Source: an uncultured Candidatus Saccharibacteria bacterium (GTDB lineage: Bacteria > Patescibacteriota > Minisyncoccia > Phycocordibacterales > JACOZG01). Taken from it: 63,433 nt of DNA. Of this stretch, positions 8,472-17,658 are shown one piece after another (position 1 is the first letter of the stretch; each line of letters begins with the position of its first letter). Position numbers and translations under genes: made by a program. A model generated the notes under the pieces. The model had not been told where the DNA came from, ran no database searches, and saw only the letters and a program-made list of their open reading frames with translations. The stretch spans positions 1 to 63,433 of the forward strand of contig CAYHYA010000003.1 in NCBI GenBank assembly GCA_964360815.1. The letters are read 5' to 3'.

Positions 8472-9785
8472 ATGAGACAATTTTTTTTAGCCACCCTGAT
8501 TTTCGGGTTGAGCGTTTTTTTGCCACTTGCGGTAGGTGGTCAAACGACCGACGAGGTTAATCGTCGCAAAGCCGCGCTCGAGGCCGAACTCCGACAAGTC
8601 GAAACCGAGATCGCGATTCAAAATAATTTGATTGCCGCCAAACAGCGAGAGGTGGCAACCTTCGAACGCGATCGAGAAATTTTGAATTCGCAAATCGCCA
8701 AAGCCAAACTAGTCATCAAGGCCCACCAGTTGGAAACGGCGCGACTGGGCGGCGATATCAAGAAAAAAGTCGAAACCATTTCCGAGTTGACGGAACGAAT
8801 TGAGCGAAATAAAAATTCTTTAGCCGAATTATTGCGTCAGCGGCGTGACTTGGAGGAGGTCTCTTTGGTCGAAACTATTTTTAATGACGGTCAGTTGTCG
8901 GATTTTTTTCACGAAGTGGATCAATATCAATACGTTGAGGACACGATCCACGATTTGTTTGCTACCACGCGGGCGACGCGAGCCGAAACAGAAAATTTAA
9001 AACAAGCTCTCGAAGAGCGTCGTTCGGCCGAGATTGACGCCGAGAAACTGATCGAACAAGAGCGCCGGCGGGTTGAACGGAAAGAAACCGAGAAACGAGA
9101 GATGATTTCGACGGCCAAGAATCAAACGACCGCGTATAAAAAAGTTTTGGCCAGTCGCCAAAAAAGGAAAACCGAAATCAAGAGCGCCCTCTTCCGACTG
9201 CGCGGTTCCGATAGCATCACCTTCGGCACTGCGCTTGAGCACGCCAATTTTATTTCGAGCAAAACCGGCGTGCGTCCGGCGTTTCTTCTAGCGATCATTA
9301 CTCAGGAGTCAAATCTGGGCGCCAATGTCGGCACTTGTAATCGTCCGGGGGATCCGCCGAACAAACATTGGTCAAAAATTTTGAAACCGGAACGCGATCA
9401 AGCGCCGTTTTTGAGAATCGTCCGCGCGCTCGGGCTTGATCCGGAAATTGTTCCGCTCTCTTGTCCACAGGGCGGTGGTTGGGGTGGAGCGATGGGGCCG
9501 GCCCAATTCATTCCCTCCACTTGGGAGCTTTATCAAAACAAAGTGGTTAATGTGACCGGCAATCAGCCACCCAATCCGTGGACGCCGCGCGATGCCTTCA
9601 CCGCCTCGAGCATTTACCTTAAAGAATTGGGCGGTGTTGGTAGTTGGACGGCGGAACGAACGGCGGCGCTCAAATACTATGCTGGCTCGCGTTGGAATTT
9701 ACCCAAAAACGCTTTCTACGGTAATGAGGTAATGAAAATCGCTGGCGACTATCAGGAACTAATTGACACCTTGCAAGATAACTAG
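8472..9785 (+). CDS. secreted coiled-coil protein with C-terminal MltB-like lytic transglycosylase domain
   Basis: I place the start at the ATG at 8472 (MRQFFLATLIFGLSVFLPLAVGG signal peptide). The first ~250 aa are coiled coil. The C-terminus carries a catalytic ES motif (ITQESNLG) and GAMGPAQFIPSTW, which resembles family-3 (MltB-type) lytic transglycosylases. Confidence 0.7.
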   Translation: MRQFFLATLIFGLSVFLPLAVGGQTTDEVNRRKAALEAELRQVETEIAIQNNLIAAKQREVATFERDREILNSQIAKAKLVIKAHQLETARLGGDIKKKVETISELTERIERNKNSLAELLRQRRDLEEVSLVETIFNDGQLSDFFHEVDQYQYVEDTIHDLFATTRATRAETENLKQALEERRSAEIDAEKLIEQERRRVERKETEKREMISTAKNQTTAYKKVLASRQKRKTEIKSALFRLRGSDSITFGTALEHANFISSKTGVRPAFLLAIITQESNLGANVGTCNRPGDPPNKHWSKILKPERDQAPFLRIVRALGLDPEIVPLSCPQGGGWGGAMGPAQFIPSTWELYQNKVVNVTGNQPPNPWTPRDAFTASSIYLKELGGVGSWTAERTAALKYYAGSRWNLPKNAFYGNEVMKIAGDYQELIDTLQDN

Positions 9786-9800
9786 GTTTTTGTTACTCTT

Positions 9801-10019
9801 TTGAAGATGAAAACTGAAACTCATCCAACTTATTACGACCAAGCGGCGGTGACTTGTTCCTGCGGGAGCAAATTTACCGTCGGTTCAACTCGGGAAAAAA
9901 TCTCAATCGAAATTTGCAGTCACTGCCATCCATTTTTCTCCGGACAAAACAAGATTATCGATACGGCCGGTCGGGTAGAAAAGTTTAAACAACGCCAAGG
10001 CAAAAAGCATCAATCTTAA
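9801..10019 (+). CDS. rpmE: 50S ribosomal protein L31 (zinc-binding type)
   Basis: HPTYY, CSCG ... [10 protein letters not shown], and the TAGRVEKF motif. Confidence 0.85.
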   Translation: MKMKTETHPTYYDQAAVTCSCGSKFTVGSTREKISIEICSHCHPFFSGQNKIIDTAGRVEKFKQRQGKKHQS

Positions 10020-10981
10020 TGGACTTAAGTGTTTTCCGCGAAAATCCGGCCACCAGTTTTTTGGTTTCGGAGTTTGATCGTTTGGCCAAGAAAATCGCCG
10101 AGCTCAAACAACTGGTTTCGAGTGACCACGAGGTGGGAGTTTTAGCCGAAGTGGAAATCAAAGAACTGATCACGATGCAAGATTCGTTGATCGAACAAAT
10201 GAAGTTAGTGGTCAACCGCCGCGCCACCACAGACGCCACCGCGCCAACCGACCCCGAGGCGATAATTTTAGAAATCAGGGCCGGCGCCGGCGGCGAAGAG
10301 TCGGCGCTGTTTGCCTCTGAACTGGCGGAAATGTATCGTCGTTACGCTTCGACTCGTGGTTGGACGTTTGGCCTCGTCAGTGAATCGAAAACTGAACTAG
10401 GTGGGTACAAAGAGGCGGTGTTTGAAGTTCGTGGCGCGGCGGTTTATCGTGATCTGCGTCACGAACTCGGCGTTCACCGAATTCAACGGGTGCCCGCCAC
10501 CGAAAAACAAGGTCGGCTCCATACTTCCACCGCTTCGGTGGCGGTTTTACCTCTGCTTGAACACGCGCCGTTGACGATCAACCCAACCGATCTCGAGATC
10601 ACCTTCAGTCGTTCCGGCGGGGCTGGCGGACAAAACGTCAACAAGGTGGAAACGGCGGTGCGGATCGTTCACGGGCCGTCGGGGATCGTGGTTCGTTGTC
10701 AAAGCGAACGAAGCCAGAGTCGCAATCGCGACAAAGCGATGTCAATTTTGGTCAGCAAGTTAGCCGAACTCAAAGAATTAAACGCCGCCTCCGAGCAGGC
10801 CGCCAGTCGGCGCAGTCAAATCGGCACGGCCGCGCGCTCGGAAAAAATCCGAACATATAATTTGCCCCAAGATCGCGTCACTGATCACCGGCTGAAACAA
10901 TCTTGGCCGCAAGCGGAAAAAATTTTAGCCGGTGCGCTTGACCCGATCGTCAAAGAACTGCATTCTGTGGATAAGTCCTGA
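10019..10981 (+). CDS. prfA: peptide chain release factor 1
   Basis: GGQ motif ([20 protein letters not shown]) and the RF1-specific PAT tripeptide ([16 protein letters not shown]). The gene ends with TGA. Confidence 0.85.
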   Translation: MDLSVFRENPATSFLVSEFDRLAKKIAELKQLVSSDHEVGVLAEVEIKELITMQDSLIEQMKLVVNRRATTDATAPTDPEAIILEIRAGAGGEESALFASELAEMYRRYASTRGWTFGLVSESKTELGGYKEAVFEVRGAAVYRDLRHELGVHRIQRVPATEKQGRLHTSTASVAVLPLLEHAPLTINPTDLEITFSRSGGAGGQNVNKVETAVRIVHGPSGIVVRCQSERSQSRNRDKAMSILVSKLAELKELNAASEQAASRRSQIGTAARSEKIRTYNLPQDRVTDHRLKQSWPQAEKILAGALDPIVKELHSVDKS

Positions 10982-11016
10982 TTACCAGAATATTTTTCTG
11001 GTGGTAAAATGAAACT

Positions 11017-12690
11017 GTGATTTACAATCGTCATTGGCGACGCCCGTTTACTCTCGGTGTTTTAGTTTTTGTCGGTTTGGTTTTTTTCTTGACCCTCGGA
11101 TTTTTTAACCCCCAAGTGGTTGAAGGTGCGAGTGGCTCGACTTCGTTATCCGGTTTCGCTTGGAGTTCAAACATCGGCTGGATTAGTTTCAAGGGTTCTG
11201 GTCCTGATTACAGTTACAGTGTCGTCCGTAGCGGTAGCTACTTGCGCGGCTTCGCTTGGAGTTCAAACATCGGCTGGATTAGCTTTAACGATAACACTGG
11301 TGCGCCGCCGGGAAGCATCGCCCCGACTCAGGCTGCCGGTGTCTATTTCCCCATTGGATCTGCTAACCCCAACCAGCTAGCTGGTTGGGCGCGGGCCTGC
11401 GCTGTTTTCGAAAGTGGTTGCTCTGGAACACTAAAACCAGAATCTGATCTAGGCGGTTGGGATGGTTGGATTAGCTTCTTCAGGACAGATGACGGTACCT
11501 TGGGCGGTGATCCAGTCTACGGCGTCGCTCTTAACCCTAGCACGAGCCGATTTGAGGGTTTTGCTTGGGGCGATAGCGTGATCGGCTGGATTGATTTTTG
11601 TCCGGATTCGGCCACTGGCGCCTGCGTGACGCTCGATACGGCCGATGTCTCATGCACGGCAAATGGTCAAGAGCTTGGCGCAGTGGTCAATGTTAATGAA
11701 CCAGTAATTTGGCAAGCCACTGTCAACGGTGTTTCCAATCCCGGCGGCTATTTTTGGATTAGTAATCGTGTCCCCCCAGACGGGGCGAACACCGACCAAG
11801 TAATATCTTCCTACTCTAGTCCCGGTTTTATTGATACTCAGGTTCAGGTTCAGGATAATGTTGGTAATCTTATCGGGACAGGGACTTGTTCAATCACGGT
11901 GGCTGATCTCAATAATCCTAAGTTGACTCTTTATGTTAACGCCACCGGTCCGGCCGGGGGCACGGTGGACATTCCGACTGTTGGCCCCGTTGATGGGACA
12001 CCTAAAAATTGGTGGGTTCCGCCAGGCGGTTGCGGGGTTTCGAGCAGTCCTTGTTTGGGTAACTATGACAGTCTTGGTCAGCAGGATACTCTAGTTGCTC
12101 ACCCCATCCCATTTCCAGACCCGTTAGGTGGTCCGGATATTGTCCCAAATTATACTTGGGTTGGTTGTGATTCTGGTAGCGGTAATCAAAATGGCGTTTG
12201 CGTAGTCACGATGTCTGGGGACAGGGAAGTGAGTGTTAGTTTTTGGGATCCAAATGAGGTGGCGATTACTCTCACGGCCAATCCGCCCTTGGTCGGAATC
12301 GACTTCCAATCCGAAGGCCAACCAGCGGAATCCAATGCCTCGACCATCACCGGCAATGGCAGTGCCGACTGGACGAGAGATGTACGGGTTATCTCATTCA
12401 CTTCATTGATTGACGGCGAAGATATTCAATATAGTGATGATAATCTTGACGATATTTTGGAGTGCGTTTGGGATAACGATAACGCGTACTCTTATAATTG
12501 TTTTGATTCCAGAAGCTATGCCACCATCAGCAATTCTGATCCAACTGCCACACTTAAAGTCAAAGCCACTGACAAGTTAATTGAGATATTAAATAAATCT
12601 CCCTATCGAATCACGGTTGGCACCGGTCGGGCCAACGAAACGACCACTGTGACTTTCGAATATCGCGTTCACGACATCCGGCCACGCTAG
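11017..12690 (+). CDS. secreted/anchored repeat protein with 'GFAWSSNIGWISF'-type repeats
   Basis: 557 aa with an N-terminal TM/signal anchor. The motif GFAWSSNIGWISF(K/N)G is repeated, with further variants (GWDGWISFFRTDDG, GFAWGDSVIGWIDF). The repeat is visible at DNA level as two 41-nt copies with 3 mismatches at 11152-11192 and 11248-11288. The C-terminal region is Cys-rich and beta-rich. Confidence 0.7.
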   Translation: MIYNRHWRRPFTLGVLVFVGLVFFLTLGFFNPQVVEGASGSTSLSGFAWSSNIGWISFKGSGPDYSYSVVRSGSYLRGFAWSSNIGWISFNDNTGAPPGSIAPTQAAGVYFPIGSANPNQLAGWARACAVFESGCSGTLKPESDLGGWDGWISFFRTDDGTLGGDPVYGVALNPSTSRFEGFAWGDSVIGWIDFCPDSATGACVTLDTADVSCTANGQELGAVVNVNEPVIWQATVNGVSNPGGYFWISNRVPPDGANTDQVISSYSSPGFIDTQVQVQDNVGNLIGTGTCSITVADLNNPKLTLYVNATGPAGGTVDIPTVGPVDGTPKNWWVPPGGCGVSSSPCLGNYDSLGQQDTLVAHPIPFPDPLGGPDIVPNYTWVGCDSGSGNQNGVCVVTMSGDREVSVSFWDPNEVAITLTANPPLVGIDFQSEGQPAESNASTITGNGSADWTRDVRVISFTSLIDGEDIQYSDDNLDDILECVWDNDNAYSYNCFDSRSYATISNSDPTATLKVKATDKLIEILNKSPYRITVGTGRANETTTVTFEYRVHDIRPR

Positions 12691-12731
12691 CCACTCTTGC
12701 CACGCCGGTCTAGTTTTGTTAGAGTCACTCC

Positions 12732-13484
12732 ATGACGACTGAATTAATTAAGGAATTATTTGATTGTGGCGCCCATTATGGTTACAGCCGTAGTCGGCGT
12801 CACCCTTCGGCCACGCCGTATCTCTATGGTTTCAAAAACCGCACGGCGATCATTGATCTTGAACGAACCATCCAAACGCTCACCAGTGCCGAAAATTTTT
12901 TTCGCGAACTCGGCCGAAGCGGCCGGCAGTGTCTCTTGGTCGGCACTAAACCCGAAGCGCGGGCGGCGGTTGAATTGATTAGCCAAAAACTCGGTTTCCC
13001 CTATGTCTCCGGACGGTGGATCGGCGGCACCCTGACTAATTTTTCAGAGATTAAAAAGCGTTTGGCTCGGCTGGCCGAACTCAAAAAACAATTCAGCACA
13101 GCCGGTCTCGAGGTTTACACTAAGCAGGAGCGCGCGCGTTTTCAAAAAGAGTTGACTCGACTGGAAACGGCCTTTTCGAGTATCGCCACCTTGACCGGTT
13201 TGCCCGCGGCCGTTTTTGTGGTTGACGCAAAGGCAGAAAAAATTGCCGTGGCCGAAGCCCGAACTCTCGGTTTGCCGGTGGTTAGCATCTCCGGCACCGA
13301 CTGTGATCTTGGGGAGATTGACTATCCGGTTGTGGCTAACGACAACAGTGCTAAAACCATCGAATGGATTCTTCGTCGTTTGGCCACAGCCCACGACCTC
13401 GGCCGACAGGAACAACAGGAGCAAGAACGGGAAAAAGCGTTGGCGGAGACGGCAGTAACCGATGATCAACATCAAACAAATTAA
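12732..13484 (+). CDS. rpsB: 30S ribosomal protein S2
   Basis: S2 family motifs (CGAHYGYSRSRRHP, LLVGTKPEA, VVDAKAEKIAVAEARTLGLPVVSISGTDCD) and an acidic C-terminal tail. Confidence 0.85.
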   Translation: MTTELIKELFDCGAHYGYSRSRRHPSATPYLYGFKNRTAIIDLERTIQTLTSAENFFRELGRSGRQCLLVGTKPEARAAVELISQKLGFPYVSGRWIGGTLTNFSEIKKRLARLAELKKQFSTAGLEVYTKQERARFQKELTRLETAFSSIATLTGLPAAVFVVDAKAEKIAVAEARTLGLPVVSISGTDCDLGEIDYPVVANDNSAKTIEWILRRLATAHDLGRQEQQEQEREKALAETAVTDDQHQTN

Positions 13485-13920
13485 AGACTTGCGGGCGAAG
13501 ACCGGACTCTCTATTGCCGCTTGTCGTCAGGCGCTTGAAGCGGCGCTCGGAGATGAGCTTAAGGCGTTGGCCTGGCTTAAGTCCGATAGCGAACGCTTGG
13601 CCGCAAAGAAAGGCGAGCGAACGCTTGGAGCGGGCGTAATTGCCTCCTACGTCCACAGTAATCATCAACTGGGGACGATTCTTGAGTTGTGTTCGGAAAC
13701 GGATTTCGTCGCCAAAAATGAAGATTTCCGCTCTTTGGCCAACGATCTGGCCATGCAGGTTAGCGCCACTAGTCCGGCCGATACCGCCGAGTTACTGGCT
13801 CAACCGTTCATCAAGGATTCTGGTCAAACTATCAGCGACTTAATCAAAAGTCAGATTCAGAAATTTGGCGAAAGAATCGAGCTTGGTCGTTTTGCCCGTT
13901 TTGAGATCAGGAACGATTAA
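13462..13920 (+). CDS. tsf: elongation factor Ts (short form)
   Basis: N-terminal UBA-like EF-Ts motif (IKQIKDLRAKTGLSIAACRQALEAA). It sits immediately after rpsB, in the conserved rpsB-tsf arrangement. Only 152 aa. Confidence 0.75.
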   Translation: MINIKQIKDLRAKTGLSIAACRQALEAALGDELKALAWLKSDSERLAAKKGERTLGAGVIASYVHSNHQLGTILELCSETDFVAKNEDFRSLANDLAMQVSATSPADTAELLAQPFIKDSGQTISDLIKSQIQKFGERIELGRFARFEIRND

Positions 13921-13927
13921 TCGGCTC

Positions 13928-14341
13928 ATGGCGTCTTTAATTACACCCTTTCTTTTTGCCCTAACGATCGTTTCGTTCGGCTTTCTGGTTGGGATCATTG
14001 TTCACAGTTGGCGGGCCGGTCAAGCGACGCCGAATTCCTCGTCCGGTTTGGCCGAGTCGTTGGTTCCACATTTGAATCTGGTGGCCGGCGGGCTAATCAA
14101 TCAGACCAAACGTCTCTCCGTTGCGGCCTATCTATTCCTCTTGCTCGTTGGACTACGGTTCACGAATTTGGTTAAATTTTACCTCCAAAAAATTGAAAAG
14201 CGTTTTTCGTTTTTGATCGAAACGGTGCGTGGTCGGCGACAGCATTCTTTGTCGGCCAACCCGCGCGGGGCGGTGTCGTTCTTTCTTGAACAAATCAAAC
14301 TAGATCAGGATCAAACCTTTCCACGTTCTAATCGTCGCTAG
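13928..14341 (+). CDS. hypothetical membrane protein
   Basis: The ORF is open from 13865, but the first plausible start is the ATG at 13928 (MASLITPFLFALTIVSF). It has 2-3 hydrophobic helices. Confidence 0.4.
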   Translation: MASLITPFLFALTIVSFGFLVGIIVHSWRAGQATPNSSSGLAESLVPHLNLVAGGLINQTKRLSVAAYLFLLLVGLRFTNLVKFYLQKIEKRFSFLIETVRGRRQHSLSANPRGAVSFFLEQIKLDQDQTFPRSNRR

Positions 14342-14366
14342 GTTTTTCGGTCGTTGTTTTGATCAC

Positions 14367-14438
14367 GCCAGGATAGCTCAGTTGGTAGAGCAACTGTTTT
14401 GTAAACAGTAGGTCGCGAGTTCAAATCTCGCTCCTGGC
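14367..14438 (+). tRNA. tRNA-Thr (anticodon TGT)
   Basis: GCCAGGA-TA-GCTC-AGTTGGTAGAGC-A-ACTGT-TTTGTAA-ACAGT-AGGTC-GCGAG-TTCAAAT-CTCGC-TCCTGGC-T is a canonical cloverleaf with anticodon UGU. Confidence 0.85.
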
Positions 14439-14439
14439 T

Positions 14440-15576
14440 TCAACGGAGATCGGCCGCAAATTGGCGCCTTGTTTCCAGTTCAATTTTTTGTTGGAGCGGT
14501 TCGATTTCTTCGGCGGTGAGGGTTCGATCAATACGCCGATAAACAATTCGATAGGTGTAACTTAATTTGCCCGCGCCAAACTTGGCTTCATTCTCGTACT
14601 TATCGAGCAGGGTCATTTCTTCGACTAAGTTGCCGCCAAGATCGCGGACCAGATCAAAATAATTGTTGGCGATGAAGGTGTTCGGCACAATAAACGAAAT
14701 ATCGCGGGTGATCGGTGGATACTTGGAAACGTTTTGATATTTTTGACCCAACTTCAGTTGTCGTTTAACTCGCTGGTCGTCCGACCAAAGTAATCTGATA
14801 TCGGGCAGATCCATGCTTAAAATCGCCAATCGCTCAAGACCGAAACCGAACGCCCAACCGTTATAACCAGTGACGCCGAAATTCGCCAGAACATTTTGGC
14901 GCGGTTGTCCGCCACCAAGCACCTCAATCCACTGTCCGTCTTTTTCCACCTCGACCTCTAAACTCGGATCGGTGTAGGGAAAGGTGTCAACATTGAAGCG
15001 GAAATTAATTTGCGCCCCGAACAGGTTCTGGGTAATTTCGGTCAGCACCGTTTTCAGGTCATCAAGATTTAGAACCTGCTGATCGGTTGGTGTTAAATAC
15101 AAGCCCCCCAACTGGTGGAAGACGTTCAGGTGACGGCGATCGATTTCATCCTTACGATAAACTTTGCCATAACAGAGTACGCCAAGCGGTTGACGCGCTT
15201 GGACTTGCGCTCGGACTCGCGGATCGTTTAAGTAGTAAGACCACATCACCGTGTCGTGCGGCCGCAAGATTTCTTTTTCGTTCACGTAATAGGTATCTGA
15301 TTTGCTTCGGGCGGGATGGTCGGGGGCGAAATTGAAGAGGTCGAAATTAATTTTAGCCGGGACGATTTCCGGGATCGTAATCGTGTCAAAGTTTTTAAAC
15401 CGAGGCATCTGTTTGATTGTGGCCACAAGTGCCGACAGGGGACTATCAGCCGCCCGCGATAAGTCTGGCAGAGCGAGCAGACGTTTTAAGCGGATGGCTT
15501 CGGCGTCTTGACGCGCGTTTAATTCGGCCAAAATCCTTTCCTCCTCATCTCGCGGTACCACATAATCTGTTCCCAT
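14440..15576 (-). CDS. pheS: phenylalanyl-tRNA synthetase, PheS catalytic core fused to C-terminal FDX-ACB anticodon-binding domain (monomeric mitochondrial-type architecture)
   Basis: Class II motifs are present: HPARSKSDTYY, FPYTDPS, GWAFGFGLERLA. The C-terminal ~100 aa (YPPITRDISFIVP...FYDLVRDLGGNLVEEMTLLDKYE...KLSYTYRIVYRRIDRTLT) match the ferredoxin-fold anticodon-binding domain otherwise found in PheT and in mitochondrial PheRS. Confidence 0.8.
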   Translation of the reverse strand: MGTDYVVPRDEEERILAELNARQDAEAIRLKRLLALPDLSRAADSPLSALVATIKQMPRFKNFDTITIPEIVPAKINFDLFNFAPDHPARSKSDTYYVNEKEILRPHDTVMWSYYLNDPRVRAQVQARQPLGVLCYGKVYRKDEIDRRHLNVFHQLGGLYLTPTDQQVLNLDDLKTVLTEITQNLFGAQINFRFNVDTFPYTDPSLEVEVEKDGQWIEVLGGGQPRQNVLANFGVTGYNGWAFGFGLERLAILSMDLPDIRLLWSDDQRVKRQLKLGQKYQNVSKYPPITRDISFIVPNTFIANNYFDLVRDLGGNLVEEMTLLDKYENEAKFGAGKLSYTYRIVYRRIDRTLTAEEIEPLQQKIELETRRQFAADLR

Positions 15577-15641
15577 ATCGTCACATTGTAAGCATAAAAT
15601 TGGCCTAAATCAAAGAATGTGCTAAAATAGAGCCATAAAAC

Positions 15642-17603
15642 ATGGTCAAAAGTGACAAGATTCGCAAGTACGACGCCGAGGATATTCTGGTTCTTGAGGG
15701 GCTAGAACCGGTGCGGAAGCGCCCGGGGATGTATATTGGCTCAACCGGCGTGGATGGTTTACACCATCTTTTGGTTGAAATTTTTGACAACGCTCGCGAT
15801 GAGGCGATGAACGGGGCTTGTGACGAAATTGAGGTCGCGCTTTTGCCCGGCGAGATTGTGCGAGTGGCGGATAACGGCGCCGGTATTCCAGTCGCGATTC
15901 ATCCAAAAACCAAAGTTTCCGCCCTCGAGACGGTGATGACCACGCTTCACGCCGGCGGCAAGTTCGAGGGTGAGGGTTACGCGATTGCCGGCGGCTTGCA
16001 CGGAGTTGGGGCGTCGGTGGTTAATGCCTTGTCGGAATGGTTGAGGGTTTACGTTTACCGTGACGGCGGGAAACATTTCCAAGAATACGCTCGGGGGAAA
16101 AAGCGCGCGCCAGTTAAAAAACTGGAAGCGTCGAAACAGCACGGCACAGTGGTTGTGTTTAAACCTGACGCCACCGTTTTTTCCGAACTGGTTTATAATT
16201 GGGAACGGATCGTCGCCCATTTGCGCGGCCAGGCCTATTTGGTTAAGGGATTGCGAATTCGTACGATTGACGCCCGATCGTCTGATCGCCAGATTTCGTT
16301 CGCTGACACACTTTACCTTAAAGAGTTAAACCTCGATTTGCCGTCACGGACCTTTTATTTTGACGGTGGACTTTTGTCCTACGTTCGTTTCCAAGCCCAG
16401 AAAGAAAAGGTCATTCACAAAAATATTTTTTACGCGGAGAAGGAAGCTGACGGCGTTCAAGTGGAAGTGGCTTTTCAATATCTTGATGATATCGTGCCGC
16501 GGGAAATCAGTTTTGCCAACAACACCATCACGCCGGAGGGCGGCACCCATTTGACCGGTTTCCGTACCGCGATAACGAGAACTCTGAATGACTATGGCCG
16601 GAAAAATAATTTGGTTAAAGAAGCGGACGGCAACTTAACCGGTGACGATGTGCGCGAAGGGATCATGGCGGTTATTTCGGTTAAACTGAAGAATCCACAA
16701 TTCGAAGGGCAAACCAAAGCCAAGCTTGGTAACGTCGAGGTGCGTGGGGCGGTGGAAGCCGTGTTTGGGCCGGCTCTCGCGGCTTTTCTGGAAGAAAATC
16801 CCGACGACGCACGGGCGATTATCGGTAAAGTTTTATTGGCTCTCGAAGCGCGCAAGGCCGCCAAGGCCGCCAAGGACAGCGTTTTGCGGAAGGGCGCGCT
16901 TGAGGGCATGACCCTGCCCGGTAAATTAGCCGATTGTCAAACGCGCGAGGCCGCTTTGGCCGAGCTGTTTATCGTTGAGGGTGATTCCGCCGGCGGTTCA
17001 AGCAAGCAGGGGCGTGATCGGGGAACGCAGGCGATTTTGCCACTCAAGGGAAAAATTTTAAACGTTGAGCGAACGCGACTGGACAAGATCTTGGCCTTCA
17101 AAGAAATAAAAGCGCTAATTATTGCTCTTGGTACGTCGATCGGGGACACTTTCACTCTCGATAAATTACGTTATCATAAAATAATTATCGCCACTGATGC
17201 TGACGTCGACGGGGCGCATATCCGTACCCTGCTCCTGACACTATTTTATCGTTATTTTCCGGCAATTATCAGCGGCGGATTTCTCTATATCGCCCAACCA
17301 CCACTTTACAAAATCAAGCGCGGCAAAGAAATTCATTATGCTTATTCGGATGAGGAGAAAGCCAAGGTTTTAAAAACGATTAACGGTGAAGCCAATATCC
17401 AACGCTACAAGGGTCTTGGTGAAATGAACCCCGAAGAATTATGGGAAACAACCATGGATCCGGAACGACGCATCCTAAAGCAGGTTAAGGTGGCCGAGGC
17501 GGCCGAGGCCGACAAAATTTTCACCATCTTGATGGGTGACGAAGTCGAACCACGCAAAATTTTCATCCAAACCCACGCCAAACTGGCGACGCTTGATGTG
17601 TGA
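15642..17603 (+). CDS. gyrB: DNA gyrase subunit B
   Basis: GHKL ATPase N-terminus (LEPVRKRPGMYIGST ... DNGAGIP), TOPRIM (LFIVEGDSAGGS) and C-terminal tail motifs, 653 aa. I cannot distinguish it from ParE by sequence alone. Confidence 0.8.
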   Translation: MVKSDKIRKYDAEDILVLEGLEPVRKRPGMYIGSTGVDGLHHLLVEIFDNARDEAMNGACDEIEVALLPGEIVRVADNGAGIPVAIHPKTKVSALETVMTTLHAGGKFEGEGYAIAGGLHGVGASVVNALSEWLRVYVYRDGGKHFQEYARGKKRAPVKKLEASKQHGTVVVFKPDATVFSELVYNWERIVAHLRGQAYLVKGLRIRTIDARSSDRQISFADTLYLKELNLDLPSRTFYFDGGLLSYVRFQAQKEKVIHKNIFYAEKEADGVQVEVAFQYLDDIVPREISFANNTITPEGGTHLTGFRTAITRTLNDYGRKNNLVKEADGNLTGDDVREGIMAVISVKLKNPQFEGQTKAKLGNVEVRGAVEAVFGPALAAFLEENPDDARAIIGKVLLALEARKAAKAAKDSVLRKGALEGMTLPGKLADCQTREAALAELFIVEGDSAGGSSKQGRDRGTQAILPLKGKILNVERTRLDKILAFKEIKALIIALGTSIGDTFTLDKLRYHKIIIATDADVDGAHIRTLLLTLFYRYFPAIISGGFLYIAQPPLYKIKRGKEIHYAYSDEEKAKVLKTINGEANIQRYKGLGEMNPEELWETTMDPERRILKQVKVAEAAEADKIFTILMGDEVEPRKIFIQTHAKLATLDV

Positions 17604-17658
17604 AGTAACCCACACCTCGATTTTTGTTTCCAGTTTTGAGTTGTGGTAAAATTGGGGC

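Noticed and set aside
13044-13668. Minus-strand ORFs opposite rpsB/tsf.
   Set aside because: Antisense to conserved ribosomal and translation genes. Low-complexity translation.
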